This document shows, one piece after another, positions 19,885 through 29,146 of a DNA stretch of 61,027 nucleotides. The notes under the pieces are model-generated. The model made no database searches, was not told the origin of the DNA, and was given only the letters and a program-made list of their open reading frames with translations. The position numbers and the translations under genes are program-made. The stretch's first letter is position 1. Each line of letters opens with the position of its first letter. The DNA comes from a virus: UHGV virus genome UHGV-1381707. One strand, written 5' to 3'.

Positions 19885-21648
19885 TTATTCGAACGCATCT
19901 CTATTAAGCTTGAAAGCCACGAAAGCATCCAACATCGAAGCCACCGGGTCAATCTTAGCTTCATAGCGCTTCTTAAAGAGTTTCCTGTTACCGTTGGTAT
20001 CTTCCAAGGTGATACAGTTGCCCATTGCAAACGACATCAATTCTTCGTCAAACAAAAGCATCCGCTCCTCAGAGAGCTTCTTCAACTCACCTAAAGGAAC
20101 GGATTCTGTTTTAGCACCCTGTATAACTTTTTCAATACCGAATGGACCATTTTCTCGTTCCCAACGCTCAACGAATTCTCGAGCATTATAAGGGTCGAAA
20201 CCAAAGCACCTGACGTCATACTCGCATTGAGCGATGTGAGTATCGAGGTCTTCATACACTTCCATCATGTCTAGCACCGTGCCAGGCATTACTATTAAAC
20301 TTCCCTCATTTATGAACTGGTCGTATTTGATACGCATTGCCGATGGTAATTTCATGAGAGTGAACTCAGTTATATAGTTGCGAGTCTTGATTCCGAATTC
20401 GCCCCTCGAAAGAGGAAACATAAACGTAAATGAACAGAAGTCATCTCCCTGAGAAAGGTCGGCGCCCATGGAGCATGGCATACGCCAGAAGTCTCGTTTT
20501 CGATGAGGCAGGGTTTCTTCATATGTGAAGTAATAAGTGTAGCCTTCCATCGGAATCCCAAAGCGCTTAGCGAGTATGTCGTTTCGTACAGCAGGGTTCT
20601 TCTCTGCTCGTTCGACATCAAGCTGATAAGTCTCGTATGTTACGGTCTTTCCCAAATTCGGGTTAGCCTTACGCCACATATCCGGATTTGCAACTTCATC
20701 AATAGAATCGAGTTTATACCACCATATGGATACATGAGGGTTGTAATATTCCCCTTTAAGCATGTCCATTAATTCCATTTTGATTGTATCGCCGCTTCCA
20801 TTACGAACCGTGCCCTCAGAACTAATAGCTACGATTAAATAATCGTCATTCGTGCTTTGACTTTGTTCTTTCGCCGCGCCTTGTTCTAAGGCCCCGATTA
20901 CATCTTCCCGAATGTCGCCAGAAAGCCATTCGTCGACAGTGGCAACCTTGACTCGCAAACCCTGAAGCTTATCGATACTCATCGGTCTTACCTCAAGCAA
21001 TGATCCAGTTAAGAAATTCTGAATTCCTTTTTTAGTGCTAGCTAATTTAACTCTGTTAGCTTTGGAACCAGTTGTATTTTGCAAAGATCCTTCGGTAAGA
21101 AATTTGTACAATGGTCCTCTAGCTCTGGTTATAGCGGTTCTTATCGGAGACATTACTTCTTCGGCTTGAGCCATTGTCGGCGCAGTAGTTACCTGATGGG
21201 TCGTAGAAGTGTCAACATTAAGGAAATAATTCTGCAGGCAAGAAGCATACATGGATTTAGCTGCTCCTCGAGCCACGATTAGGTATTGTTTCTTGACTAA
21301 TCGTTTCTTTATTCTCTTATTGACATATCTCCCGCCATGTCCATCCGGACTCGGTTCATAAACGCTTCGTTCGACAAAGTAGTACCATCCAAATATTTGT
21401 TCGGCCCATAACTTAAAAGAGTCGAGCAAATGAAGATCTTCCCCATCGGTTAATGTCAGTTCATTCTCGCAATAATTAATAAAACCCTGGATCGCTTGGT
21501 CGTCATACCAAATTCCAGGGTTCTCAATTAGAGCATCTATTCTGTTCATTTCCATGGAGATCTCTTCACATACTGGGATTTCGCCTCTAACAACAGCATC
21601 TCGAAACATCCCATAATATTTAGGAGTAGCAGTGTTAGATAAAGCCAT
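19885..21648 (-). CDS. terL: terminase large subunit
   Basis: Walker A-like motif LIVARGAAKS. C-terminal RNaseH-like nuclease region (MGADLSQGDDFCSFTFMF). 587 aa. Followed by portal. Confidence 0.85.
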   Translation of the reverse strand: MALSNTATPKYYGMFRDAVVRGEIPVCEEISMEMNRIDALIENPGIWYDDQAIQGFINYCENELTLTDGEDLHLLDSFKLWAEQIFGWYYFVERSVYEPSPDGHGGRYVNKRIKKRLVKKQYLIVARGAAKSMYASCLQNYFLNVDTSTTHQVTTAPTMAQAEEVMSPIRTAITRARGPLYKFLTEGSLQNTTGSKANRVKLASTKKGIQNFLTGSLLEVRPMSIDKLQGLRVKVATVDEWLSGDIREDVIGALEQGAAKEQSQSTNDDYLIVAISSEGTVRNGSGDTIKMELMDMLKGEYYNPHVSIWWYKLDSIDEVANPDMWRKANPNLGKTVTYETYQLDVERAEKNPAVRNDILAKRFGIPMEGYTYYFTYEETLPHRKRDFWRMPCSMGADLSQGDDFCSFTFMFPLSRGEFGIKTRNYITEFTLMKLPSAMRIKYDQFINEGSLIVMPGTVLDMMEVYEDLDTHIAQCEYDVRCFGFDPYNAREFVERWERENGPFGIEKVIQGAKTESVPLGELKKLSEERMLLFDEELMSFAMGNCITLEDTNGNRKLFKKRYEAKIDPVASMLDAFVAFKLNRDAFE

Positions 21649-22619
21649 TACCGATCATCATCCTTTGGTGCGGGTAGGTAACCGGCGATGTAACGCTGAC
21701 CGGCATCCGTATATGAGCTGCTTCGTGCATCTGAAACTTTTACTTCGCTCCATTCGGCATCGACATAATCCTTTCCGGATTTTCTTTGGCTGGATGTACT
21801 TTTTCGATAATCAGGCCATGAAACTGTTCCGCTGTAATAAACCGTATCATCAGAAGATTCGGTTTTCTTAGCTTGTTTTTCGGCTGCTTTGGCTTCTTTT
21901 TTGGCTTGCTTAGTAGCTTCCTTATCGGCAGCCTTTTTTACGTTATCAACCGTCTTTTTAGTAGCGTTCTCTACCGGCTTTTTCGCCCCTTCTAAATCCT
22001 TCAACGAAGTGCTAAGAATCTTTTCGACACCTTTATTAAGAAGTCCAGTCAGTAATTTCTTTCCAGCAGCGGTTGCAGCAGGAGAGACGATTTCTTTGCC
22101 GATGTGATTAACAAACTTCCTACCAGTAGAAATCTCTTCAGGTTGAAGACTTTTCAACTCTTTCTCCAATTTCAAACGTTCTACTTGGGTTTTCAAATCC
22201 CTGTTCGGATCATCGCCATAAAGCTTTCTTGACAGATCAACATAAGCGTCTTCATTCCTAAGACGATTCACCTTTTGCTGTAAAGTGGCATCGTCCAAGT
22301 CGGATATAGAGACCTTTTTAGCCTGAGTTTCCGACTTGGCTTCTTGGGCAGCCGTTTTCTTTTCTTCTGGCTTCTTTACGCCATTAAGCTTGTCACGACG
22401 ATCTTCTAAATCTTTTCGAGCAGCATCAAGTTTATCAAGTTTAGCTTTGGTTTTTGCTTGATTAGCTAGGACTCGCTTCTCTTCCTTGATTTTCTCCATT
22501 TCCTTATTGTACCGCTTCTGCCCGGCTTTAGTTAACGTTCCATCTCTATTCTGATAACGTCTAACGCCCCAACGCATCCCTTTGATTCCGTGATGTTGCA
22601 GGTAATATTTATACGCCAT
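21648..22619 (-). CDS. hypothetical Lys/Glu-rich coiled-coil protein upstream of terL (323 aa)
   Basis: N-terminal motif HHGIKGMRWGVRRYQN. Stop overlaps the terL start. Could be an atypical small-terminase-like packaging protein; unproven. Confidence 0.3.
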   Translation of the reverse strand: MAYKYYLQHHGIKGMRWGVRRYQNRDGTLTKAGQKRYNKEMEKIKEEKRVLANQAKTKAKLDKLDAARKDLEDRRDKLNGVKKPEEKKTAAQEAKSETQAKKVSISDLDDATLQQKVNRLRNEDAYVDLSRKLYGDDPNRDLKTQVERLKLEKELKSLQPEEISTGRKFVNHIGKEIVSPAATAAGKKLLTGLLNKGVEKILSTSLKDLEGAKKPVENATKKTVDNVKKAADKEATKQAKKEAKAAEKQAKKTESSDDTVYYSGTVSWPDYRKSTSSQRKSGKDYVDAEWSEVKVSDARSSSYTDAGQRYIAGYLPAPKDDDR

Positions 22620-22983
22620 TTTGAATTTCCTCCTTCCTCATAGAATCCACAATGTCGACTTGAACGTTTAAACGCCATTCCAGTTCGCAAATCGTTCTAC
22701 TCATAGAATCTAAGACTGCGGAACTAAGAGGCGGGTCGAACATAAGTCTAACCTTCATGTAGACGTAGGTTTTAATTGCTTGAAAATTTTTATCATCTTC
22801 CCCGATAAAATCGGACCACATAGTATTAGCATCGCTGATGGCAAAGCCCTCGGAAGGTCCAACACCAAGTTGAGTCAATACCATAAAAACAGAATTAATA
22901 TGCATAATGAGGTCGTTATCGAAATGAGTATAGTCTTTATCGATGCCTAAAAGTTTTTTTACCGAGGTTAATATGCTTTCCAT
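22609..22983 (-). CDS. hypothetical protein (124 aa)
   Basis: ORF in the packaging module. Confidence 0.35.
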   Translation of the reverse strand: MESILTSVKKLLGIDKDYTHFDNDLIMHINSVFMVLTQLGVGPSEGFAISDANTMWSDFIGEDDKNFQAIKTYVYMKVRLMFDPPLSSAVLDSMSRTICELEWRLNVQVDIVDSMRKEEIQNGV

Positions 22984-22998
22984 AACGATCCTCCTTTA

Positions 22999-23325
22999 TT
23001 ATTGGATCGCAATGAACTTCTTCATGCAGAACCCTTCGATTCCGGATACAGTGCAAATTTTATAGAAATCATTAGTGGATTCTTTCTCATCGATAGTAAC
23101 TTCCGTGAGACATTCGATCGTGCAGATAATAGAACCGTCTGATTTAGGCTCTTTACGAACATTGAGTCTCAGACAGTTAGCCACTACTCCGGTCTTGGGT
23201 TTTGCGATTTCTTCAACCTCCACATCTTCTACTGCGGTGTCCACGGCAACTTCATTTTCAACAAGTTCAACGACCTCTTTTTCTTCCTGCCGCTTTGCAT
23301 ATCTGGTATAATCTTTCTTTCCCAT
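22999..23325 (-). CDS. hypothetical protein with SH3-like C-terminal domain
   Basis: Likely start MGKKDYTRY at 23325 after AAGGAGG. C-terminus resembles a bacterial SH3 domain (LRLNVRKEP...GSIICTI...GIEGFCMKKFI). Confidence 0.3.
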   Translation of the reverse strand: MGKKDYTRYAKRQEEKEVVELVENEVAVDTAVEDVEVEEIAKPKTGVVANCLRLNVRKEPKSDGSIICTIECLTEVTIDEKESTNDFYKICTVSGIEGFCMKKFIAIQ

Positions 23326-23341
23326 ACAGAATTCCTCCTTC

Positions 23342-23757
23342 TTATTGTTTCCACGGACAAGTATCATTTTTAGTTCTTTCTATAGGGGCTCGAATTAATA
23401 GATTTTCGTCTCCATAGTGAATTGCATTATGAGTATTATGAGTCGTGCAAATTAAAAACTCAGGATCTAACAGGAACTCACTCTCGCTTTCAATGTCTCG
23501 AACTGTAAGCGGATTAATATGATGGATTATTATTCGTCCATGGATTTCATAACCTTCCACTCCGAGATCACAACCATTATCTCTGATGATTACAAAATCC
23601 CTAATCGTCTTCCATTTCTGAGACCTATAAAATACTTGATTTAAATACCTGTCAAATCCAAACGTCTCCTTGCCAACAGCTCCGTCAAGTCGCAAGTATT
23701 GATAACGTTCTTCAAAAGTTAATAGCTTAGATAGTTCGGAATAATTTCTAATACTCA
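23342..23757 (-). CDS. HNH endonuclease
   Basis: Motif IIIHHINPL...ICTTHNTHNAIH. Start MSIRNYSE at 23757. HNH genes next to terminase are typical of cos-type phages. Confidence 0.7.
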
Positions 23758-24086
23758 TCTGGGTCACCTTGTCCGCTATAATTACGCATGGCAGTAATTG
23801 CATTAGTATAAAGTTCTTCGATCTTCTTAGCGGACTGAAGCGATTCGGTTTTCGCCACGATAAGGTCTTTTTGCTTCTCCAAAATCTCTCTTTCAATCTG
23901 CTCTTTCCTAGTAGCAAGTTTTAAAAAATGTGTTATTACCTGAGAGGAAGCAGTACCATCTCGCAACTGCTCCTCGGCACGATCCATAGCCAATGCAATC
24001 ATTTGATTTTCTCTAGCTTCCGGCGTTAAAGCGGGTCTCATCTTTTGTTTCGAGCTAGAAGTTTTCTCGCCTCTAACTTTTGCCAT
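23748..24086 (-). CDS. putative DNA-binding packaging protein / terminase small subunit candidate (112 aa)
   Basis: First gene after a ~320-bp noncoding region; helical and basic. Assigned from position. Confidence 0.3.
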   Translation of the reverse strand: MAKVRGEKTSSSKQKMRPALTPEARENQMIALAMDRAEEQLRDGTASSQVITHFLKLATRKEQIEREILEKQKDLIVAKTESLQSAKKIEELYTNAITAMRNYSGQGDPDEY

Positions 24087-24406
24087 TGTTACTGCCTCCT
24101 TTCATTCTGTTATGGTATGGTTTGGCAATAGTTTTGGCAGCTACTAATGAACTTTTTATCTAGTTTTAGGTGGTGTTTAAAGGAACCCACAAGGCCGACC
24201 ATTATATCATTTGAAAGGAGAGGAAATATAATGATAGCTGGTCTCTACCAACTGAGCTCAACGACCTTGTGAGCTCGTCTAAACACCACCTAAAACCAAA
24301 AATATAAATTTACCCCCGGAGAATTTTTTAGGAGGCGCGCGATACAAGGAGGGGGTGTCATTTTTCAGACCCCTCCCCTATGCTTTTTACGGTCCTCACG
24401 TATAGT
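24087..24406. promoter_or_regulatory. noncoding region ahead of the packaging module; candidate cos/pac site and late promoter
   Basis: Perfect 15-bp inverted repeat TTTAGGTGGTGTTTA at about 24164-24180 and 24281-24297. GC-rich hairpin GGAGGGGGT(N12)ACCCCTCC at 24339-24370. The plus strand has a 13-codon ORF with a strong RBS at 24229-24270. Confidence 0.3.
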
Positions 24407-24661
24407 TCATTGCTCGATATTGTTTTTTCTCTCAACCTTCTTGAAAATGTCCAGGAAATCTATATTGATTAGGGCGTCTATAGCTCTTTCTTTTTCGATT
24501 TCCATTTCATTTTCGGTCATGTCATCTGTGTAATTTGCCAGACGATCAATTCGACCGCAACAATTGTAGCCTTTTTCCATATCGAACATATACCAAAGAG
24601 TGAACTGTTCGAATGGGTCAAAAGGATTGTCAATTGTTGTCAATCTGACTTCTCTTGACAA
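24407..24661 (-). CDS. hypothetical protein (84 aa)
   Basis: ORF directly after the RNAP-like gene. Confidence 0.4.
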   Translation of the reverse strand: MSREVRLTTIDNPFDPFEQFTLWYMFDMEKGYNCCGRIDRLANYTDDMTENEMEIEKERAIDALINIDFLDIFKKVERKNNIEQ

Positions 24662-24668
24662 CTAAAAT

Positions 24669-27600
24669 TCACTCCTTTTTTAAGTAATCTGAAATTGTAG
24701 AACTCGACTTACCAAGCTTTATTGCTATTTCAGCGATTGTGAAACCATTTGCTTGCATAGCTTTTGCTCGATTTACTTGAGCTGGGGTTAAGGTTTTAAC
24801 AACTCTAGGTGTAGCTCTTTCTCTGAGCTTGTCTATGTCGGTGTTATTCAAAACACGTTCCAATAGACTTTTAGTAACAGCCCCAGATTGTATAGCCTCC
24901 CATTGACGATCCGTTATTTCGATATTTCTCTCTTTTCTAGATAGAGAACCAAATTCTTCTCTATACTTAGTCACTGCTTGTTGACCTACTTTTCTTACAT
25001 CACCAGCTTTCATCTTTTTACCAGTTTCTTGCAGCGCTAACTCTTGCTTATTAGCTATCGAAACATTAGCTTTTCTTAGAGCGGCCCTTTCACGTAGAGC
25101 ATTTAATTCCGCATTATTAAGGTCCGCTTTTAGCTTATCTACGTCTGCTTTATACACTTTTTCGGCATTCTTATTTTTTTCGAGGGAGGGGGTATTAACC
25201 ATCTCTTTACGGGCCCGGTTAGCCATCGCTTTCATGCTATTAGCATAATCAGCATAGACTATTTCCATAGGATGACGAGCTGTCGATAGTAAGTCATAAG
25301 CATCGTCAGCCTCGGCCATACGGGTTGATTTTTGGGTGATGGTCTTCCTTGCATATTTAATACTACCATCCTTGTTTGTATAGAAGACATCGCCAGTGTC
25401 GGGGTCCATCCTTTTGACGGGGGAGTATTTATTTCGATCTTCTTCGTTGGAGGGGTCGTACTTAATACGTTTTCCATCGGTAGTCTTGATGGTTCGCATA
25501 CCGGTCTTCCTATCAGTAGTGTAGTCAGGCTTGTAAAGCTTTTCGGGTCTAGCCGTCTTCCAAATCAAGGCTCCTTCCGGTCGAGATGGATCATACCCCT
25601 TATTTCCTTTAATGTTAATGTAGGGACTACCCTCTCTTTTATCCACATCCACCTCGCCTTTGCTTTTAGATATGATAGTGGATGCTCCGGCATTAGATTT
25701 TCCTTGATACTTTTGTTTTAAAGCTTTTATACCATTCTCAACTTCACTAGCTTTGTAGTCTAGATAGTGTTTCTCAGCATCGATAACCACCATACTATGT
25801 CTAACAGCTCTAGCCATTTCGTCCTCGGTGGCTCCCCCATCCAATGTCATATCAGTTATCAGATTAGAAATCTTACCCATTTCAGTATCAGTTTTCTTCA
25901 TAAGAGGATATTCGACGCCTTTGCGATAACAATGAACAGTCCCATCAGCATCGACTTTTATTTTATCCGGATCGGCTCCATATTCCACTTTAGCGTCAAA
26001 GCCTTCCAACCCTTTAAGAGGATTTGTCGAAATTATTTTTACACGCCCTTTAGAATCATTCGTTGGTATACACATTACAGTGTCACCATCAAAATCAGCT
26101 CCTGATAAACGTTCTGCCACTTTGTTATTTAGTCCTATAGCATCTCCGGCATCTGCACCTAATATTTTTTTAGGTAAGGCAAGCTTATTATTAACTGTCA
26201 CTATCGGTATTTCGAATGTTCCGCCGTGCGGGAAACGAATAAGAGCTAATTTAGTTCCGTTGTCATAATTGGGGGCGTACACTTCATTATCCTTTATGGA
26301 TGGAAACGCAGTAATAACATGATACTTTTGCCCTGGTAAAGCAGCAGCTTTTAAATCCACCGCAGCGGCATCACATTCATCTGCAAATTTGCTTAAAAGA
26401 TGCTTCTTTATAACAGGATTAGGGATAGAGCATAACTCATCGTATTCCAACTGCTTCGATTCTTTGGCTATATTTAGCTGTCTCTTAGCCAAACTCAGAG
26501 ATTGTTTCGACAGAAACTGCGCAGGTAATGCGTCCTTCCAGTCAGACCAATCCCCTTCATCAGCACGCTTATTGATCAGACCTAATTTCTTTTCTCCGGT
26601 CTTTTTATCTTCATACCAATATTGTCCTCCTTGGTCAGCATCTTTTATTAAAGAGCCGAAGGGGTTATCAGGATCTTTCTTGATTGTTTTTAAAACCGTG
26701 TTTTCTTTTGGACCCAATGCCGGTGTACCTTTAGGTTTATTAGTATTAAATACAACGTCAACACCATCCGGCATATTATCAGAGTAAACAGCCATTCCTT
26801 TTATATAATGTGTACCATCAACCATGATTCGAACTTGTGAATAACGAGATTCGCCTAACGACAAATCAGGAACGTTTCTTCTAAGTTCTATGATTCCATC
26901 TTTCTCGATTCCTCCGTCTTCTGCGTAATTAATCTTAAGGCGCTTGGAATCCAAACTTTCAGGATATGTGAATTTTTTCTCAAACGTTTTACCGCCATCT
27001 CTTGAAATATATTCATCGAGGGTTCCTATTTTATCATAATCATAAATCGCACTTTTAGGGGTTCCTGGTTTACAAAGCACTTTCTGAATTGTCTGCTGAT
27101 TAGTATTAGTAGGCTGAGGAATACCTCCCGTATAAACTACATAACCATCGCCTTCCAAACCATACAAAGCAGCGTTCAGCATTTCTTTCGATACTCTAAG
27201 ACTCAACTCGGTCCCCTTACCGACATCCAACATTCCATATTTGCTTTCGTCTACTTTCTTTTTAAGAGAATCAGCAGTATCTTTCGCAATTTTCATTTTT
27301 ACTGCGGAATCAGGGTTCAATAACAATCTTACAGTAGATTCATTAATTCCCATCCGTCTTCCGATTTCGGTGGGACCTAGACCTTCTTTGTCTCTCAAAC
27401 GTTTAGCAGTCTCTACATCACGAAGCCGCCTTTCATATTCGCACCATTTCTTTTCATTACGATAATCACTAAGAGTAACATTTTCACCAAATTCTTTTTT
27501 AATATTTTCAGCAGTTTCGGTCCAACCTTGTTTTTTTAATTCTTCAATACGACCTAAAAAATCCCTACCATGTTGGTAAGGATCTTCGCCAGAACCATAT

Positions 27601-27701
27601 GGGTAACGACCGGATCTATATTTCATCCCATAATGCAGTATTACGTCAGAATCATCTTTTGACCCATAATAACCTAATATCTCTTCCGCAATAGGGTTCA
27701 T
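24669..27701 (-). CDS. two-barrel (double-psi beta-barrel) RNA polymerase homolog; YonO-like single-subunit RNAP candidate (1010 aa)
   Basis: Beta-prime-like barrel: LIRFPHGGTFEIP...LSGADFDGDTVMC, compared with bacterial beta-prime RAPTLH...NADFDGDQMA. Beta-like barrel: DGTHYIKGMAVYSDNMPDGVDVVFNTNKPKG, compared with beta GRHGNKGV...DMP...PVDIVLNPLGV. HTH-like segments near the N-terminus (LGPTEIGRRMGINESTVRLL) and the C-terminus (GFTIAEIAIKLGKSSSTISDYL). Confidence 0.55.
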   Translation of the reverse strand: MNPIAEEILGYYGSKDDSDVILHYGMKYRSGRYPYGSGEDPYQHGRDFLGRIEELKKQGWTETAENIKKEFGENVTLSDYRNEKKWCEYERRLRDVETAKRLRDKEGLGPTEIGRRMGINESTVRLLLNPDSAVKMKIAKDTADSLKKKVDESKYGMLDVGKGTELSLRVSKEMLNAALYGLEGDGYVVYTGGIPQPTNTNQQTIQKVLCKPGTPKSAIYDYDKIGTLDEYISRDGGKTFEKKFTYPESLDSKRLKINYAEDGGIEKDGIIELRRNVPDLSLGESRYSQVRIMVDGTHYIKGMAVYSDNMPDGVDVVFNTNKPKGTPALGPKENTVLKTIKKDPDNPFGSLIKDADQGGQYWYEDKKTGEKKLGLINKRADEGDWSDWKDALPAQFLSKQSLSLAKRQLNIAKESKQLEYDELCSIPNPVIKKHLLSKFADECDAAAVDLKAAALPGQKYHVITAFPSIKDNEVYAPNYDNGTKLALIRFPHGGTFEIPIVTVNNKLALPKKILGADAGDAIGLNNKVAERLSGADFDGDTVMCIPTNDSKGRVKIISTNPLKGLEGFDAKVEYGADPDKIKVDADGTVHCYRKGVEYPLMKKTDTEMGKISNLITDMTLDGGATEDEMARAVRHSMVVIDAEKHYLDYKASEVENGIKALKQKYQGKSNAGASTIISKSKGEVDVDKREGSPYINIKGNKGYDPSRPEGALIWKTARPEKLYKPDYTTDRKTGMRTIKTTDGKRIKYDPSNEEDRNKYSPVKRMDPDTGDVFYTNKDGSIKYARKTITQKSTRMAEADDAYDLLSTARHPMEIVYADYANSMKAMANRARKEMVNTPSLEKNKNAEKVYKADVDKLKADLNNAELNALRERAALRKANVSIANKQELALQETGKKMKAGDVRKVGQQAVTKYREEFGSLSRKERNIEITDRQWEAIQSGAVTKSLLERVLNNTDIDKLRERATPRVVKTLTPAQVNRAKAMQANGFTIAEIAIKLGKSSSTISDYLKKE

Positions 27702-27705
27702 GGTT

Positions 27706-28263
27706 TCATACCTCCTCGTAATCTACTTTTTCTAGCAATTTATCAAGGCGAATGATTTGGTCCATGACAGGAGCAATATCTTCTGCAGTCGGGTTATGAT
27801 ATAGAATTTCATCATTTTGATAAATTCGAAGTTCCATATCAATATCTTTCGGTTTTACTTTATATTCCAAACAAAAAAGAGCAGCGTATATTTCAAGCTG
27901 CTCCATCTTTGCCGGTATTTTTCCACTTTTTAAATCATGGATTCTTAAAAAATTATTTCTAAATGATATAGCATCTGCAGTGCCAAAAAATCGATCAGAA
28001 TAATATAAGACCACTTCAGTATTCATCCTGTAACCGATAGCATCGTTCACATAAGAATAAATGGTTTTCTTAGACCGTGGCTGCTTAATTCCCAAATCAA
28101 TGGTAGTCTTTGCCCATTGATGCAAAACGGTCCCCATTTCAGCAGCTTTTTTATTACTGTAAACTTCTAGAGCTTTCTGGTCATCATATCTAAGCCAACT
28201 AGGTTGACTCGGACTAAATGGCGCATGCAAGCCTTCAAGATTTCTATGTTGGTTGAATTGCAT
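27706..28263 (-). CDS. PD-(D/E)xK nuclease superfamily protein (RecB/Cas4-like motifs)
   Basis: GTADAISF...LRIHDLKSGK...QLEIYAALF fits nuclease motifs II/III and the QxxxY motif. Confidence 0.4.
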   Translation of the reverse strand: MQFNQHRNLEGLHAPFSPSQPSWLRYDDQKALEVYSNKKAAEMGTVLHQWAKTTIDLGIKQPRSKKTIYSYVNDAIGYRMNTEVVLYYSDRFFGTADAISFRNNFLRIHDLKSGKIPAKMEQLEIYAALFCLEYKVKPKDIDMELRIYQNDEILYHNPTAEDIAPVMDQIIRLDKLLEKVDYEEV

Positions 28264-28278
28264 AAGATAGACTCTCCT

Positions 28279-28578
28279 TTAATCATTATTATTTGCAAAA
28301 ACCTGTTGAAGTTCTCCCAACACTTCTTCTTTGTTTTCCGGACAGATGAATCTCGAAAAAGACATCTCGTCCATGAGTCCAACATAATATTCTTGGTTCG
28401 GCTGCTTTCTAGCATTCGCTGTTTTTTTACATTCCAAAGAAGCCCAACGATTTTTGTAGAGCACGAGCAAGTCGGGAATTCCTTGAATGTAGCTAGAGTC
28501 ATTCTTCATAACGATACATCCTGGGTATTGATTTTTTAGTTCTTTAACTAAGTTTGCTTGAAACTTATTCTCCAACAT
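28279..28578 (-). CDS. VRR-NUC domain nuclease (99 aa)
   Basis: GIPDLLVLY...ASLECKK matches a PD-x(n)-E-x-K motif in a ~100-aa protein. Confidence 0.5.
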   Translation of the reverse strand: MLENKFQANLVKELKNQYPGCIVMKNDSSYIQGIPDLLVLYKNRWASLECKKTANARKQPNQEYYVGLMDEMSFSRFICPENKEEVLGELQQVFANNND

Positions 28579-28660
28579 TTTGTTGGGCCTCCTTTCTTTT
28601 TAATAAAAAAAATGCAAAAGGAAAAGTAAGCTCAAATTTAGCGCTTCTATTCCTTTCTCT

Positions 28661-28692
28661 TCATAAAAGGGTATGTTTTTTTCGCGAATTTT
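28661..28692 (-). promoter_or_regulatory. copy of the conserved TTCGCGAA promoter-like element
   Basis: Minus strand reads AATTCGCGAAAAAAACATACCCTTTTATGA, upstream of the VRR-NUC gene. Confidence 0.45.
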
Positions 28693-28749
28693 AAAAAGCA
28701 GCAGAAAAACAGAAGAGGCCGTGTTAGGGCCCCTTCGAATTCTGTACCA

Positions 28750-29106
28750 TTAAGTTTCTTCTTGTATTCTGTCTCCGAATAGAATAGCCGTTTTAATTTC
28801 CATCAATGCTCCGTCTCCGCATCTTATAATATTATCGGATTCATTATTCTTATAGCCTATCAATTCTTCAATCGTTACTGGAACGTAACTATCGCATCTT
28901 TTTCCACATTCATTAACTCTCCTAAAAAACTCCGATACTGAATCAACGCCATCAGGCATAGTTGATGTTTTACTAAATGAACGCTTATTAATCCCAATAG
29001 CGACTAAAACTCCAGAACCAATAATCACTCCACTCGCGATAATAGTTTTTCGATGCTTCTTCAAAAAACTCTTGATGCTCTCTTTGCTCATTTCCGATTC
29101 CTCCAA
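28750..29106 (-). CDS. membrane-anchored hypothetical protein (118 aa)
   Basis: One predicted TM helix (IIASGVIIGSGVLVAIGI); Cys-containing C-terminus. Confidence 0.4.
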   Translation of the reverse strand: MEESEMSKESIKSFLKKHRKTIIASGVIIGSGVLVAIGINKRSFSKTSTMPDGVDSVSEFFRRVNECGKRCDSYVPVTIEELIGYKNNESDNIIRCGDGALMEIKTAILFGDRIQEET

Positions 29107-29146
29107 AATATAATTAGTAACCTTACGGTTCCATAACAGCGAATGT

